Source: Salinispira sp. (GTDB lineage Bacteria > Spirochaetota > Spirochaetia > DSM-27196 > Salinispiraceae). From it: 64,000 bases of DNA. The notes beneath the pieces are model-generated. The model was not told the origin of the DNA and did no database searches. It saw nothing but the letters and a program-made list of their open reading frames with translations. The stretch spans positions 2,016,001 to 2,080,000 of the forward strand of contig OZ271918.1 in NCBI GenBank assembly GCA_965602015.1. Direction: 5' to 3'. A program made the position numbers and the translations under genes. Below are positions 49,829 to 60,018 of this stretch, in pieces (the stretch's first letter is position 1; each line of letters starts with the position of its first letter).

Positions 49829-50904
49829 ATTTCCTGCCGCTCCAGTTCATCGCGGAAGCCGATCCTACCCAGGCGATAGTCGCCGGCGTTATTTTCGCAG
49901 CGCTGATACTTCTGATTATTATCAGCGCACGACGCAGCGGAAACCCGAGTACCAGCGGCGGCGGCGGGAGCTATAACAAGGGCAGTTTCAAGAAGAGCGC
50001 AAAAAATCTCGGACTTGAAAGCCACCATATCCAGCTGCTGCAACGGGCCGTCAGGGATCAGAATATCCCCAATCCTCAGAGGATTCTGCAAAGCGGAGGC
50101 TACCTCAACAAGATTCTTCAACGGACAATAGCGGATATCGAGGACAGCGACATGTCCCAGGGCGAACGGAACCGGATTATCGCCGAGGTGTTTGAAATCA
50201 AACGGCGGGTTTCCGCCGGGGGCGATCAGGTCAAGCGATACGGGAACACAAAAAACCTGAAGCTCGGGCAGGAAGTCACCATTTACTCAAAGACCCTACC
50301 CCCGAGTCATTCGCGAATAACGGGAAACCTCGAGAGTCATTTGGCATTGGAAACACCGAGAAGCGCCGACGGCTCGCCCATGAAGTACCGTCCGGGAGCT
50401 CCTCTCAAGGTGCGCTTTATCAGGGACAACGGCAAGGTATACGTGTTCCTCACCAGGCTGAGGGAGTACCGAAAAGTCGACCGGATTGAAAACATGCTGG
50501 TGGACCACAGCGCCAAGGTCGAGCAAAACCAGCTCCGCCGGTCCCCACGCAGGGAGTTCAATAAACCGGCGTACTTCCAGCAGGTTGAGATCATTACAGA
50601 GGGCAGCGGCAAGAGGGCGGTCAAACGGGCGGTGGTCAACAAAAACCGGCGATACCTGGGACAAATAGAGGACATCAGCCGGGGAGGATGCGCCCTGTAC
50701 AGCCGAAACCCCATGAGAAAAGGGACCCTCATTAAAATACGCTTTGATATTTCCGGCGGAGATGAGATATCCGCGTTCGGCAAGGTGCGAAGCGTTGAAC
50801 CCACCAAGCCCTTTGGCGCCCTTATGCACGTGGCATTCACCAGGGTCAGCACCCGGCATCTCAATGAAATTCAAAGCTATGTATATGGTTTTTTTGAGGA
50901 CTAA
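49825..50904 (+). CDS. membrane-anchored YcgR/PilZ flagellar-brake-like protein
   Basis: N-terminal TM; YcgR-like middle domain; RRSPR (RxxxR) and DISRGG. Confidence 0.85.
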   Translation: MNFLPLQFIAEADPTQAIVAGVIFAALILLIIISARRSGNPSTSGGGGSYNKGSFKKSAKNLGLESHHIQLLQRAVRDQNIPNPQRILQSGGYLNKILQRTIADIEDSDMSQGERNRIIAEVFEIKRRVSAGGDQVKRYGNTKNLKLGQEVTIYSKTLPPSHSRITGNLESHLALETPRSADGSPMKYRPGAPLKVRFIRDNGKVYVFLTRLREYRKVDRIENMLVDHSAKVEQNQLRRSPRREFNKPAYFQQVEIITEGSGKRAVKRAVVNKNRRYLGQIEDISRGGCALYSRNPMRKGTLIKIRFDISGGDEISAFGKVRSVEPTKPFGALMHVAFTRVSTRHLNEIQSYVYGFFED

Positions 50905-50963
50905 CTTTACCCAGGGGTGACAATAGCTTAGTATTAATGTATTCATCACCGGATTGAGAGAAC

Positions 50964-51227
50964 ATGGTTCAGGCAATAGAAAACATAACAAAAAAACACA
51001 TGCTTATTTCCTACCGGGAAGAGTTTCATGCGGACGCCATACTCGATCTGAGGAAGAACGGCAGCTCCCAGACATGCAAGATCGAGTTCTCCCTTGAACT
51101 CACCCCGCTTGGAAGCAAGAATATCAGAATTCAGTTTCTCGATAACCTTGAGTATCCCCTGATTCCGGTCATCCGGGAATTAAAAACCCACATTAGCCAA
51201 CTGGACAGGAACGGCGGCTTACCGTAG
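50964..51227 (+). CDS. hypothetical protein (87 aa)
   Basis: Fills the gap; IEFSLELTPLG...YPLIPVI. Confidence 0.65.
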   Translation: MVQAIENITKKHMLISYREEFHADAILDLRKNGSSQTCKIEFSLELTPLGSKNIRIQFLDNLEYPLIPVIRELKTHISQLDRNGGLP

Positions 51228-51238
51228 AGTAGCCCATC

Positions 51239-51730
51239 ATGCCAGCAGAACCGCCGTTTCCGTCATCAACAAGCTTGGAAGAGTTCTCCATCTCCAGCAG
51301 CAGTCCCGACGCCACATTTTTACTCGCCCGAAAAATCGGAAGCCGGGCGAGTGCCGGGGAAGTTTTTACCCTGGAAGGCGGCTTGAGCGCGGGAAAAACC
51401 CTGTTCGCCCGGGGATTCGCCCAGGGAATGGGCATTGGGGAATCAGTTACCAGCCCGACCTTTCCCATCATTCAGGAATACGACGGCGAGCCTCCGCTGT
51501 ATCACATGGATCTGTACCGTTTGGGCGGAAGCGAGGAGTTTATCGACATCGGGGGAGAGGAACTGCTGTTCGACCGGGGTATCTGCCTGATAGAATGGCC
51601 TGACCGGGCTGAAGAGCTCCTTCCGGCTTCGCGAATACGCGTTCATCTGGAGATCACCGGTGAGATGGAACGCCTCATTCGCTTTCGCGGCCCCGGAAAG
51701 CGCCTTCGGGAGATAACTCATGACCTATGA
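51239..51730 (+). CDS. tsaE: tRNA t6A biosynthesis ATPase
   Basis: GGLSAGKT, VTSPTF, HMDLYRL, IEWPDR. Confidence 0.94.
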   Translation: MPAEPPFPSSTSLEEFSISSSSPDATFLLARKIGSRASAGEVFTLEGGLSAGKTLFARGFAQGMGIGESVTSPTFPIIQEYDGEPPLYHMDLYRLGGSEEFIDIGGEELLFDRGICLIEWPDRAEELLPASRIRVHLEITGEMERLIRFRGPGKRLREITHDL

Positions 51731-52523
51731 CACAAGCATTTTTTCTTCAAGAAGGGCCGCGGTTCTGGCTATAGAAAGCGGCAGCGAGTATCTTCAACTC
51801 GCCCTGTCCCGCGGCGCAAACGGGGATTTCGAAAAAGCACGTCGCAAGGGTCAAGTCGAACCAGCTTCACAAATCCCCATCTTGACCATGGTCATCAATA
51901 GAGGCTTGAAGCACGCGGAGCTGCTGATGCCGTCCATACGGCAGCTTTTTGAAAGCGCCGAGATGAAAATGTCAGAACTCGACGCCGTGGTGGTGGGCAG
52001 GGGCCCCGGCAGCTTTACGGGCTTGAGAATCGGTATGGCGGCGGCCAAAGGCCTTGCGGCGGCGTTAAACATTCCCCTCGCCTCGGTGCCAAGCCTTGAA
52101 GCCATGGCTTACGCATACCGGATGCTGCCGGAGCCGGTGGTGCCTATTCTGGATGCCCGCAAACAGCGCTTTTACTGCGCGGCATTCATACACGGCGCGC
52201 GCATCCTGGAAGATTCTGATCTGGCCCCCGTGGACATTGCTTCCCTGCTGCCGAAGCTTCATAAAAGCCGGCGAGTTTATATGTGCGGCCCCCACGGAAG
52301 TGGGCTTATGTCTGTCCTCCCTGAATCACCTGAGCATATGGCTAACAAGAGCAGGGAAATAACAAGTAGCGAAGTAATTGACCTGGGCTTTAGCGAATGG
52401 GCGTCTTCCCTCTTAGAGCTCGGAGCAATCAAGCTCGCCGCCGGAGATGCCGACACCGATGACTCAGGACCCGAGTATCTGAGGGTTTCCGAAGCGGAGT
52501 TGGGGATTACCAGGAAGAGCTAA
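51720..52523 (+). CDS. tsaB: tRNA t6A biosynthesis protein
   Basis: HAELLMP, GRGPGSFTGLRIG, LDARK, PEYLRVSEAE. Confidence 0.93.
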   Translation: MTYDTSIFSSRRAAVLAIESGSEYLQLALSRGANGDFEKARRKGQVEPASQIPILTMVINRGLKHAELLMPSIRQLFESAEMKMSELDAVVVGRGPGSFTGLRIGMAAAKGLAAALNIPLASVPSLEAMAYAYRMLPEPVVPILDARKQRFYCAAFIHGARILEDSDLAPVDIASLLPKLHKSRRVYMCGPHGSGLMSVLPESPEHMANKSREITSSEVIDLGFSEWASSLLELGAIKLAAGDADTDDSGPEYLRVSEAELGITRKS

Positions 52524-52528
52524 CGCTG

Positions 52529-52774
52529 CTATTCGCCGGCTTTTTTCCCCGGCGCGGGGGGAAAATCGCCCAGGGAAGGCAAATCGGCGCTCGACTCGGC
52601 CGCCCGTCGGTTTTCATCCTGTATGGCTTCGTAGACTTCGTGACGGAATACCTTGACCGATCGGGGAGCCCGAATTCCGAGCTTGACCTGATCTCCCTTG
52701 ATATCCACTACGGCAATTTCTATGTCATCGCCTATCATAATCGCTTCGTTTATTTTCCGGGTGAGTACCAGCAT
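52529..52774 (-). CDS. csrA: carbon storage regulator
   Basis: [20 protein letters not shown]...[19 protein letters not shown]. Confidence 0.96.
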   Translation of the reverse strand: MLVLTRKINEAIMIGDDIEIAVVDIKGDQVKLGIRAPRSVKVFRHEVYEAIQDENRRAAESSADLPSLGDFPPAPGKKAGE

Positions 52775-53265
52775 CAGGAACCTCCCCGGGCAGCCATTTC
52801 CTGAAGAATGTAATGCTTGGTCATCCATCGCGGATCGGTCTGTATTCCCTGCATTCCCAGCCGGGCGGCTGGATTAATAACGATGGGTCCCTGAAGGTTG
52901 GCGGTCATGCTGTCTTTGTCACCGGTTACCGTCACAATTGCAAAAACCAGGAGTTCAGCGGGTTCATTGCTCTGATTTACAATGAGATCGCCGGTCTCCT
53001 CCTGTCGGATTCCGATTATATCCAATTCCTGGCTCACCAGACTCAATTCGTAATCCGATCGGAATATGTCCGGCGAGATCATCACAAAGGCGGTCGAGCT
53101 GTCCCCCAGAGACTGCAGCCAGTAAAACGGCGCCTGCGCCGCATCCAGGAGGGCAAAGCGCCGGTGCTCTTCGAAACCGAGGATTCCCTTGGGGAAATCG
53201 ATAATCTGCCGCTCGTCCACTTCAATCTCGCCAAAGGCCCTGGCCTGTATCGTCTTCATTGTCAC
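52774..53265 (-). CDS. fliW: flagellar assembly factor FliW (CsrA antagonist)
   Basis: [26 protein letters not shown]; coupled to csrA. Confidence 0.94.
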   Translation of the reverse strand: MTMKTIQARAFGEIEVDERQIIDFPKGILGFEEHRRFALLDAAQAPFYWLQSLGDSSTAFVMISPDIFRSDYELSLVSQELDIIGIRQEETGDLIVNQSNEPAELLVFAIVTVTGDKDSMTANLQGPIVINPAARLGMQGIQTDPRWMTKHYILQEMAARGGS

Positions 53266-54506
53266 CTCAAAAAGTCCAGCAGTGTGGGTTGAATCACTTT
53301 AGCGGCCACCGAAAGGGCGGCCCGGTGGGTTTGTTCAAGCATGGAAAACTCGGTGATGGCCTCGGCCAAATCGATATCCGTCAGACGGGAATGGTGTGCG
53401 CTCACGTCGACGAACTCTTTTTCAAGACGTTGGTAGGCCAGTTCCATCCGGCTTGTCCGGGCACCCAGACTGCCGAGGTTGCTGAGCATATTGCTCAGAG
53501 CGGAATCCATGCTCCGTATTCCGTCCCCGCCGATGTCCAGGGTATCGCCTTGCAGCAGGTTGTCCCGCAATCGAATAATGGCGTCAAAAGCGCTGCCCCC
53601 GAAGACCCTTGCGTCCCGGGAAATATTCTGGGGAGGCCGGGCATCTCCGTCCTGGAGTATACCCAAGTCCTGCAATACCGTGCCGTTTTCATCGGCGAGC
53701 CAAAGCTGCCGGGGGCTGGTGGTCTCGAATACCAGGGCTGCGGAGACCGGGTCCAGGCTCGCCCTGGCGCCGGCTCCGGCGTCATTTATTTTGGCCATCA
53801 CCTGGTACACATTGTCCCCTTCCCGAAGCCGGATGGAGGTTCCGTTCACCGTTATTTCACTGTCCGATTGAACAACGTAGTCCCCCGCCTGGGTTTGGGA
53901 ATAAATTTGCTGATTCTCGGCCCAGAACACCTGGTTTCCCGGGAAATTCAGTTCGATATACTTGCCGTCGGCAATTTCAGTCCGCTTTACGCCGATGTCG
54001 CCGATGTACTCCACATCGGTCACCATGGCAGCTCCGGATCCCGGAATGCGGCCCTCGAGCACCCGATACGGCAGATTTCTCGTGCGGTTGCCCGAAAATA
54101 TGCTCAGCCCCTCGGAATCAGTGGCATTTGCCGTGTTGATAAACTCTTTCAGGAGCTCGTCGACCTGGCGGCCCATAGCCTGGAGATCGTTGGCGTCGTA
54201 GGTCCCGTTGCCGCCCATTACGGCGATCTGACGGATTTCCTGCATAATGTCGACGCCGTGGCGCATGTGACCCTCGGCCATGCGGTAGTGGTGAATGCTG
54301 GTTTGAACATTGTCGCTGAATCGCTCCAGGCGATTGAGATAGCTCTGGTGACGGGTCGCATGGGCGGCGGCCGCCGGATCGTCCCGAAGATTGAGAATCC
54401 GGGTCTGGGCCGCCATCCGGTTCTGCGATTCGTTCATTTCCACCTGGCGATTCCTGGTATGGAACTGCAGATTATCATTTGGCAGATTCGTACTGATCCT
54501 GTTCAT
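53262..54506 (-). CDS. flgL: flagellar hook-associated protein 3
   Basis: MNRISTN...LRDDPAAA...[10 protein letters not shown]. Confidence 0.94.
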   Translation of the reverse strand: MNRISTNLPNDNLQFHTRNRQVEMNESQNRMAAQTRILNLRDDPAAAAHATRHQSYLNRLERFSDNVQTSIHHYRMAEGHMRHGVDIMQEIRQIAVMGGNGTYDANDLQAMGRQVDELLKEFINTANATDSEGLSIFSGNRTRNLPYRVLEGRIPGSGAAMVTDVEYIGDIGVKRTEIADGKYIELNFPGNQVFWAENQQIYSQTQAGDYVVQSDSEITVNGTSIRLREGDNVYQVMAKINDAGAGARASLDPVSAALVFETTSPRQLWLADENGTVLQDLGILQDGDARPPQNISRDARVFGGSAFDAIIRLRDNLLQGDTLDIGGDGIRSMDSALSNMLSNLGSLGARTSRMELAYQRLEKEFVDVSAHHSRLTDIDLAEAITEFSMLEQTHRAALSVAAKVIQPTLLDFLR

Positions 54507-54581
54507 TCTCTCCGTCCTTTATGCACCGCCGCACACAACTGCGGCATGGCTCACGGCCCAAGGGGCCGGACTATATTATTT

Positions 54582-56459
54582 TTACACGCCCATCCGGTTG
54601 ATGATGGTATCGAGCATCTGATCGAGCTCGGTGATAAAACGGGATGCGGCGGTGTACCCGTGCTGGTACTTGATCATTTGAGCAAGCTCTTCATCGATAT
54701 TGACCCCGGAAATCGAAGCCCGTGTGTCCCGCAAATCCTTCATGATCCGCTCCTGGGTATCGAGGGCGAGTTCGGCTTCCCTTCCCTTTAATCCGATCTC
54801 CGCCACAACATCAGCGAAGTAATCATCAAAGCGCTCAATGCGTCCCACCATAACCGGCTGGTTGCGAATCGCGGCGATTTCCAGGGCTGCCCGTCCGTCG
54901 CCGATGTCTCCCGGCCTGTCCTGGGAGCCCAGGGCTGTGGCGATGCTCCCCACATCCTGTGCGACCTCATCGCTGATTTGGATCCACCCCGATGGGTGGG
55001 TCAAGGGGGCAACTTCGAAATCCAGAGCGCCGCCCCTCAGCGCCGCCACCGCATCGCTCTGGTCGGAGCTAAACGCGCCGGCATCACCACTGGCCAGGAG
55101 AATCCCCGAATACCCGACGAGGAACTGTCCGCTGTCCTGCACCTGCCGAATAACAAAATCAGGATTGTCGATGGATGCCGACGGTGTGGCTTTGAGGCTC
55201 ATTCGGCCCTCTCTATCGAGTCTGGCCACCACCTCTGCACCTGAGTTGTTAATTCTGAGAATCACGTCCCGAACCGTATCTTCCGGGCGGTATTCCACAT
55301 CGACAGGTCCCGACGGTCCGTTGAGGGTAATGGTGCCGCCGATTCCGATTTCCTGCTGGGGGTCGAGGCTGTTCTGCCCCCGGATGCGGAAAATGTAGGT
55401 TGAGTCGAACTCACCGTCGCCGTCGGCGTCGAAATTGCCGTTAACGTTATTGATGTAGGGGTGCTGATCAAAAAAGTTCAGGCCGGTGCGCCCGTTCATA
55501 CCGAAACCCTCCCGGTGAACTTCATTGACAAGGTCGATAAAGTTGATGGCCATGTTGTCCAGCCCCTGAATCTCCTCCCGGATGTCAACATCCCGCAGTT
55601 CAATGAGGGCGGCAAGTTTTCCGCCTCTAAAATGCGCCTGCTCACCGTCGTATGTCCAAGTCACCCGGGTTTGACCGGAATTTCCCGGATCGGTATCCAG
55701 ACGCAGTTCCTGACGAACCGCGCCCTGTACAAGCTGAATGCCTGAGCTGTGCACATTTATTTCATCGCTGTCGCGATAATCGACGGTTATGTCGATGAGC
55801 TGACCAAGTTCCTCGATGAGAAGATCACGCCGGTCCATGAGATCATTCGGTTCGTCGCCGGCGGCTTTAACTTTGACAATTTCATGGTTGTACTGGGCTA
55901 TTTCCGCACTGAGCTCATTGACCTCGGCGAGGCTGGCGCGGATATCGTCATTCAGCATGCTTCGGATCTGTTCCAGGCCCTGATACCTCAGCTGTATTCC
56001 CTCGACCAAGGCCCGGCCGTTCTCCAGAACTGCCTGGCGCGAAGCCATCTGCTCGGGATAGATGGAAAGCTCCTCCCAGCTGTCCCAAAAGCGGTCCATC
56101 AGGTTCCGAACCGAAAGCTCGCTGGGTTCATTATAAATCTGCTCCATCTGCAGGATGTAGGCGTCCCTGGCCTGCCAATACCCCTCTCCGTTGGCATTGG
56201 CGATAATCCGTCCTTCCAGCAGCTCGTCCCGTACCCGTTCGATGCGGGCGATGTCGACGCCCTGGCCGATCTGCCCAGGGGTGTGGGCCCGGTTGAGCTG
56301 AGGCCGGTACAGGGCGTCGGTGGCTGACATATGGACCCGCTGACGACTATAGCCGTCGGTGGACGCATTGCTCAGGTTATGACCGACGGTGGACAGGGCC
56401 CGGGAGTGGGCAAACAGTGAACGCTTGCCGAGTTCTATTCCGGAAAAAGTACTTTGCAT
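54582..56459 (-). CDS. flgK: flagellar hook-associated protein 1
   Basis: GHNLSNASTDGYSRQ, NDLMDRRD, SGVNIDEE. Confidence 0.95.
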   Translation of the reverse strand: MQSTFSGIELGKRSLFAHSRALSTVGHNLSNASTDGYSRQRVHMSATDALYRPQLNRAHTPGQIGQGVDIARIERVRDELLEGRIIANANGEGYWQARDAYILQMEQIYNEPSELSVRNLMDRFWDSWEELSIYPEQMASRQAVLENGRALVEGIQLRYQGLEQIRSMLNDDIRASLAEVNELSAEIAQYNHEIVKVKAAGDEPNDLMDRRDLLIEELGQLIDITVDYRDSDEINVHSSGIQLVQGAVRQELRLDTDPGNSGQTRVTWTYDGEQAHFRGGKLAALIELRDVDIREEIQGLDNMAINFIDLVNEVHREGFGMNGRTGLNFFDQHPYINNVNGNFDADGDGEFDSTYIFRIRGQNSLDPQQEIGIGGTITLNGPSGPVDVEYRPEDTVRDVILRINNSGAEVVARLDREGRMSLKATPSASIDNPDFVIRQVQDSGQFLVGYSGILLASGDAGAFSSDQSDAVAALRGGALDFEVAPLTHPSGWIQISDEVAQDVGSIATALGSQDRPGDIGDGRAALEIAAIRNQPVMVGRIERFDDYFADVVAEIGLKGREAELALDTQERIMKDLRDTRASISGVNIDEELAQMIKYQHGYTAASRFITELDQMLDTIINRMGV

Positions 56460-56468
56460 CGCTTGCTC

Positions 56469-56954
56469 CTAAAGGCTGTGGTCCAGCACCATCGGCTGGC
56501 TGCTGGTCTGCCGATACCCCGCGGCGGTATAGGTTCCGTCCCTCCGGGATGGATACAGTTCATCGATAATCGATTCCATGGTCTCCATCTGACTGCCGGC
56601 GTAGGCCATAATGCCCTCGTTTACCGTGCGGACCTGGAGTACCGCCACTTTGAGGTCCCGGAATGCGGCTCCGAGTTTCTCGCGCTGGGGCGAATCGAGG
56701 GTGGCAAAGAGCATGGTAAGTCCGTATTCCCGGGAAATATTCAATTGATCGAGTAACTCGACAAAACCCCGCTGACGCTGCAGTTCGCAGTTCCGGATGG
56801 CTTCCGAGAGTTCTTTCATCGCAGAGATGCTTCGATCCGCTTCTATATAGTCCTTGTCGAATACCGCTTCCTGCAGCCGCAACTGATGCTCGGCAAGCTG
56901 CTGGAATAGCACCGTCTGGGTTTCGAGAATACTTTGGAAATCCTGAACCGTCAT
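56469..56954 (-). CDS. flgN: flagellar export chaperone FlgN-like
   Basis: Helical protein directly upstream of flgK; ATG at 56954 with AAGGAG SD. Confidence 0.72.
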   Translation of the reverse strand: MTVQDFQSILETQTVLFQQLAEHQLRLQEAVFDKDYIEADRSISAMKELSEAIRNCELQRQRGFVELLDQLNISREYGLTMLFATLDSPQREKLGAAFRDLKVAVLQVRTVNEGIMAYAGSQMETMESIIDELYPSRRDGTYTAAGYRQTSSQPMVLDHSL

Positions 56955-56974
56955 GAGCTGCTCCTTCTCTATAA

Positions 56975-57001
56975 TCATCGGCAGAAGGAAACATGAGTTT
57001 A
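56975..57001 (-). promoter_or_regulatory. sigma28 promoter of flgN-flgK-flgL-fliW-csrA
   Basis: TAAA-N15-GCCGATGA. Confidence 0.85.
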
Positions 57002-57098
57002 GCCCCGGATTGACTAGCTTGAAGCTCGCCTGGGGCACAGCGACCCTTGATTTTCATCGGTTTATCGGGATAGATTCTGCCACAGAGTTTCCACGGGA

Positions 57099-59003
57099 AT
57101 GATCGACTTATATAAACAAACCGAACATCATAAAAGCAGTCTCCGGCAATACGCACCGGTTCACCTGGCGGCAATAGTAAGCGTGGCGATTTTCCTGGGA
57201 AACCTCCTGAACCCCGATGGTCTCCGTCCGGTAGCGGCGGTTTTTACTCAACCGCCTGCTGACCCGAGTTCCCCGCATGAAAACAGCGCTGCGGATATTC
57301 CGGGAAAGGGCTTTGCCAGCCCGGTTCAAATTAGTGAAGATATCCGACTCGACAGAACCCCAATCTCGGAAGATAAAATTTTCTGGCAGAACGGCAGCGA
57401 CGAGGAAATAATCTCCGAGCTGCTGGATCATATGAGCGATGAGCAAATCGTTTCGCAGGTATTTCTTGTAGGCTGGGAAAGCGAGACCGCCGAGGGTCCG
57501 GTAATGGACTGGATTGAGAAACGGGGCCTCGGAGGGGTAAAAGTCTTCGGCTGGAACGGCAACAACGTGGCCACCCTCGGCAGGGCCCTGAGCATCATGC
57601 AAGCCCGATCTATGGACAACGATGCGGGCATTCCCCTGATAACCGCCACCGATCAGGAAGGCGGATGGGTCAGGCATATTAAGGACACCACCAGCATCAC
57701 TCCGGGCAACATGGCAATCGGCGCATCGGCCCTGCCCATGGATTCATACCTGAGCGGATATTACATCGGTCAGCAGCTGAGAGCCATCGGCGTCAACATG
57801 AATTTTGCGCCGACAGTCGACGTCTATATAAACAACGATGCCCATGTAATCGGCCCGAGGGCATTCTCCGCCGACCCCCTCGAAAGCGGAATTCTGGGAC
57901 TGGCGTTTTACCAGGGAATGCAGATGGCCGGGGTGATGGCCACCGCTAAGCACTTCCCGGGACACGGCAACGCCTACGGCGACAGCCATGGCTATTTACC
58001 GGTAATCGAGGACGATTTCGAAACTGTGTGGCAGAGGGATCTCTTACCCTACCGGATGATGATCCGCGAAGGCCTTCCGGCGGTACTCTCGGGACATTTA
58101 AATTTCCCGAACATTACCGGCAACGAGAGGCCGGCTTCCCTATCACCCTATTTCAAGCAAACCGTGCTTCGCGACCGGCTTAATTTCGAAGGAATCGTGA
58201 TTACCGACGATCTGTACATGAGAGGGGCCATCGACTACGGCGACCAGGAGGGATGGGGCATGGACCGCATTGTTCTGGAAGCCCTGAGGGCGGGCAATGA
58301 CATGGTAATGCTCTCCGAGACCCCGGCGTTGAACGATTCCATCTGGACCCTCGTGCTTGATACCTATCGGGAAGATGAAGAATTTCGTCAGCGGATTCGG
58401 GAATCGGTCTCCCGGGTGTTGCGGGTAAAGCTGCGTTTTCTCAAACCCTCATGGCGGGTTCCCCTGACCATCGATCCGGAAAATGTGTACGACGACATCG
58501 AGACCTTTTCCGGGGAGCCGTTTTTTCAGGAACAGGCGGCTCGGGGGGTAACCCTGATTAGAGACCGGGATATTCCCTTGCTGCCCGAACCGGGGGAGCG
58601 CATCCTGCTGGTTGGTCAGGACTTCGATTTTCTCAGGGAAGGCCGGGAGGCGTATCCCGGTGCGGAGAGTTTTCATTTTAGCTACAATCCGTTTTACGAC
58701 GCCGACCCCGATGTCATCGCCAGGGTGTCCGCCATCATTCCCCGCTACGACAGAATAATTTTTAATCTCGCAAATCCCAACAGCCTGGAAGTCCTGCGAT
58801 CTCTTGAGGACCACGGGAGCAAGATCATCGTATTTTCAAGCCTCACTCCGGTTTACCTCCAGGAACTCCCTTGGGTCGCGTCAGCGCTGGCGGTCTACGG
58901 CTGGGGGAGCGAGTCTTTCGAGGCGGGCTTCGCGGCCCTCTCGGGAAACATCCCCTTTGTCGGCCAGCTGCCGGTGCTGCTGGAAGAAACTCCGGACAGC
59001 TGA
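57099..59003 (+). CDS. glycoside hydrolase family 3 (beta-N-acetylhexosaminidase, NagZ-like)
   Basis: DQEGG, NFAPTVD, KHFPGHG...DSH, ITDDLYM. Confidence 0.9.
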   Translation: MIDLYKQTEHHKSSLRQYAPVHLAAIVSVAIFLGNLLNPDGLRPVAAVFTQPPADPSSPHENSAADIPGKGFASPVQISEDIRLDRTPISEDKIFWQNGSDEEIISELLDHMSDEQIVSQVFLVGWESETAEGPVMDWIEKRGLGGVKVFGWNGNNVATLGRALSIMQARSMDNDAGIPLITATDQEGGWVRHIKDTTSITPGNMAIGASALPMDSYLSGYYIGQQLRAIGVNMNFAPTVDVYINNDAHVIGPRAFSADPLESGILGLAFYQGMQMAGVMATAKHFPGHGNAYGDSHGYLPVIEDDFETVWQRDLLPYRMMIREGLPAVLSGHLNFPNITGNERPASLSPYFKQTVLRDRLNFEGIVITDDLYMRGAIDYGDQEGWGMDRIVLEALRAGNDMVMLSETPALNDSIWTLVLDTYREDEEFRQRIRESVSRVLRVKLRFLKPSWRVPLTIDPENVYDDIETFSGEPFFQEQAARGVTLIRDRDIPLLPEPGERILLVGQDFDFLREGREAYPGAESFHFSYNPFYDADPDVIARVSAIIPRYDRIIFNLANPNSLEVLRSLEDHGSKIIVFSSLTPVYLQELPWVASALAVYGWGSESFEAGFAALSGNIPFVGQLPVLLEETPDS

Positions 59004-59902
59004 TGGGCTGGGCCGACGCCGAGGGGAGCATGGTCCCGGAGATCCACAAATTCCTCCTGCCGCGAGAAGTCCACGCCGCAAGCCTGAGTTCGCGGCTTCT
59101 CAACGGCGGCGGAGGTCTGGGAGTACCCGGTGGAAGGGGAGACCGGCTTTTAGTCCATCGGGGGCATCTTCACTCCGCCAATGGCCCGGAAAGTCTCGAG
59201 ATTGACGCCCTGCTGTATTTGGGCGGCGGCGGATTTACCTTTCCCCTTTTTTCCGGAGAGTTCCGGACGCGAAACCAGTACCCCAGTCGTCGAAGTTCCG
59301 AGTTTCTTGAAAAAGCACTTTTCCAGCATCGCCGGCGCATCTTTTCCATTATGGGCGGCCGCGACGACACCGAGCAGACAATCTCGATGATGGGCAAGCC
59401 CCCCTACCACCGGGTGGATTATGTGGTAATGTTTCGCACGCCCCAGGCACCCGCCCCTCCCCTCTCCTACGATGGAGAGTTTCGAATCGTCCGCTCAGGG
59501 CAAAGGGACATCCAGAGCCTGCTGCCCCTTCAACTGGCATACGAGGCCGAGGAAGTGGTCATCCCGGGGAAGTCGGTCAACCCCTCGTTTACGCTCTCCC
59601 AGCTTCGACGTTCTTTGAGCAGTCAGCGGGTGCTTCACTTGATGTATGGGGACAGGGTGGTCGCAAAGGCTCAGACCAATGCCAGAGGTATGGGAGTCGA
59701 GCAAATAGGAGGAGTGTACACCCTGCCCGAGTACCGAAACCGAGGCCTTGGTTCCATGTTGGTGGAGAAGATAAGCCGAGACATCTGCGGCGACGGGAAA
59801 GTCGCTAGTCTCTTCGTAAAACGGGAAAATCAGCCGGCAATGCGGGTCTATGAAAAATGCGGATTCGAGCCTGGCTCCCGTTTCCTCATCGGATATTTCT
59901 GA
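59003..59902 (+). CDS. GNAT family N-acetyltransferase
   Basis: IGGVYTLPEYRNRGLG, NQPAMRVYEKCGF; overlaps the GH3 stop codon. Confidence 0.87.
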   Translation: MGWADAEGSMVPEIHKFLLPREVHAASLSSRLLNGGGGLGVPGGRGDRLLVHRGHLHSANGPESLEIDALLYLGGGGFTFPLFSGEFRTRNQYPSRRSSEFLEKALFQHRRRIFSIMGGRDDTEQTISMMGKPPYHRVDYVVMFRTPQAPAPPLSYDGEFRIVRSGQRDIQSLLPLQLAYEAEEVVIPGKSVNPSFTLSQLRRSLSSQRVLHLMYGDRVVAKAQTNARGMGVEQIGGVYTLPEYRNRGLGSMLVEKISRDICGDGKVASLFVKRENQPAMRVYEKCGFEPGSRFLIGYF

Positions 59903-60018
59903 TCGCGGTCATTTGATTCCCGGCGGTTAATTCCCCGCCCTTGCCTCTGTCTGGTCAGCGCCTAATCCGGCAATCCATTTTCATCTTTTATATCCCCGAA
60001 TGTGCTACAATATGAGGT

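Noticed and set aside
51239..52523. tsaE-tsaB inside the flagellar locus as a functional link
   Set aside because: These are housekeeping genes convergent with csrA; nothing beyond adjacency supports a link.
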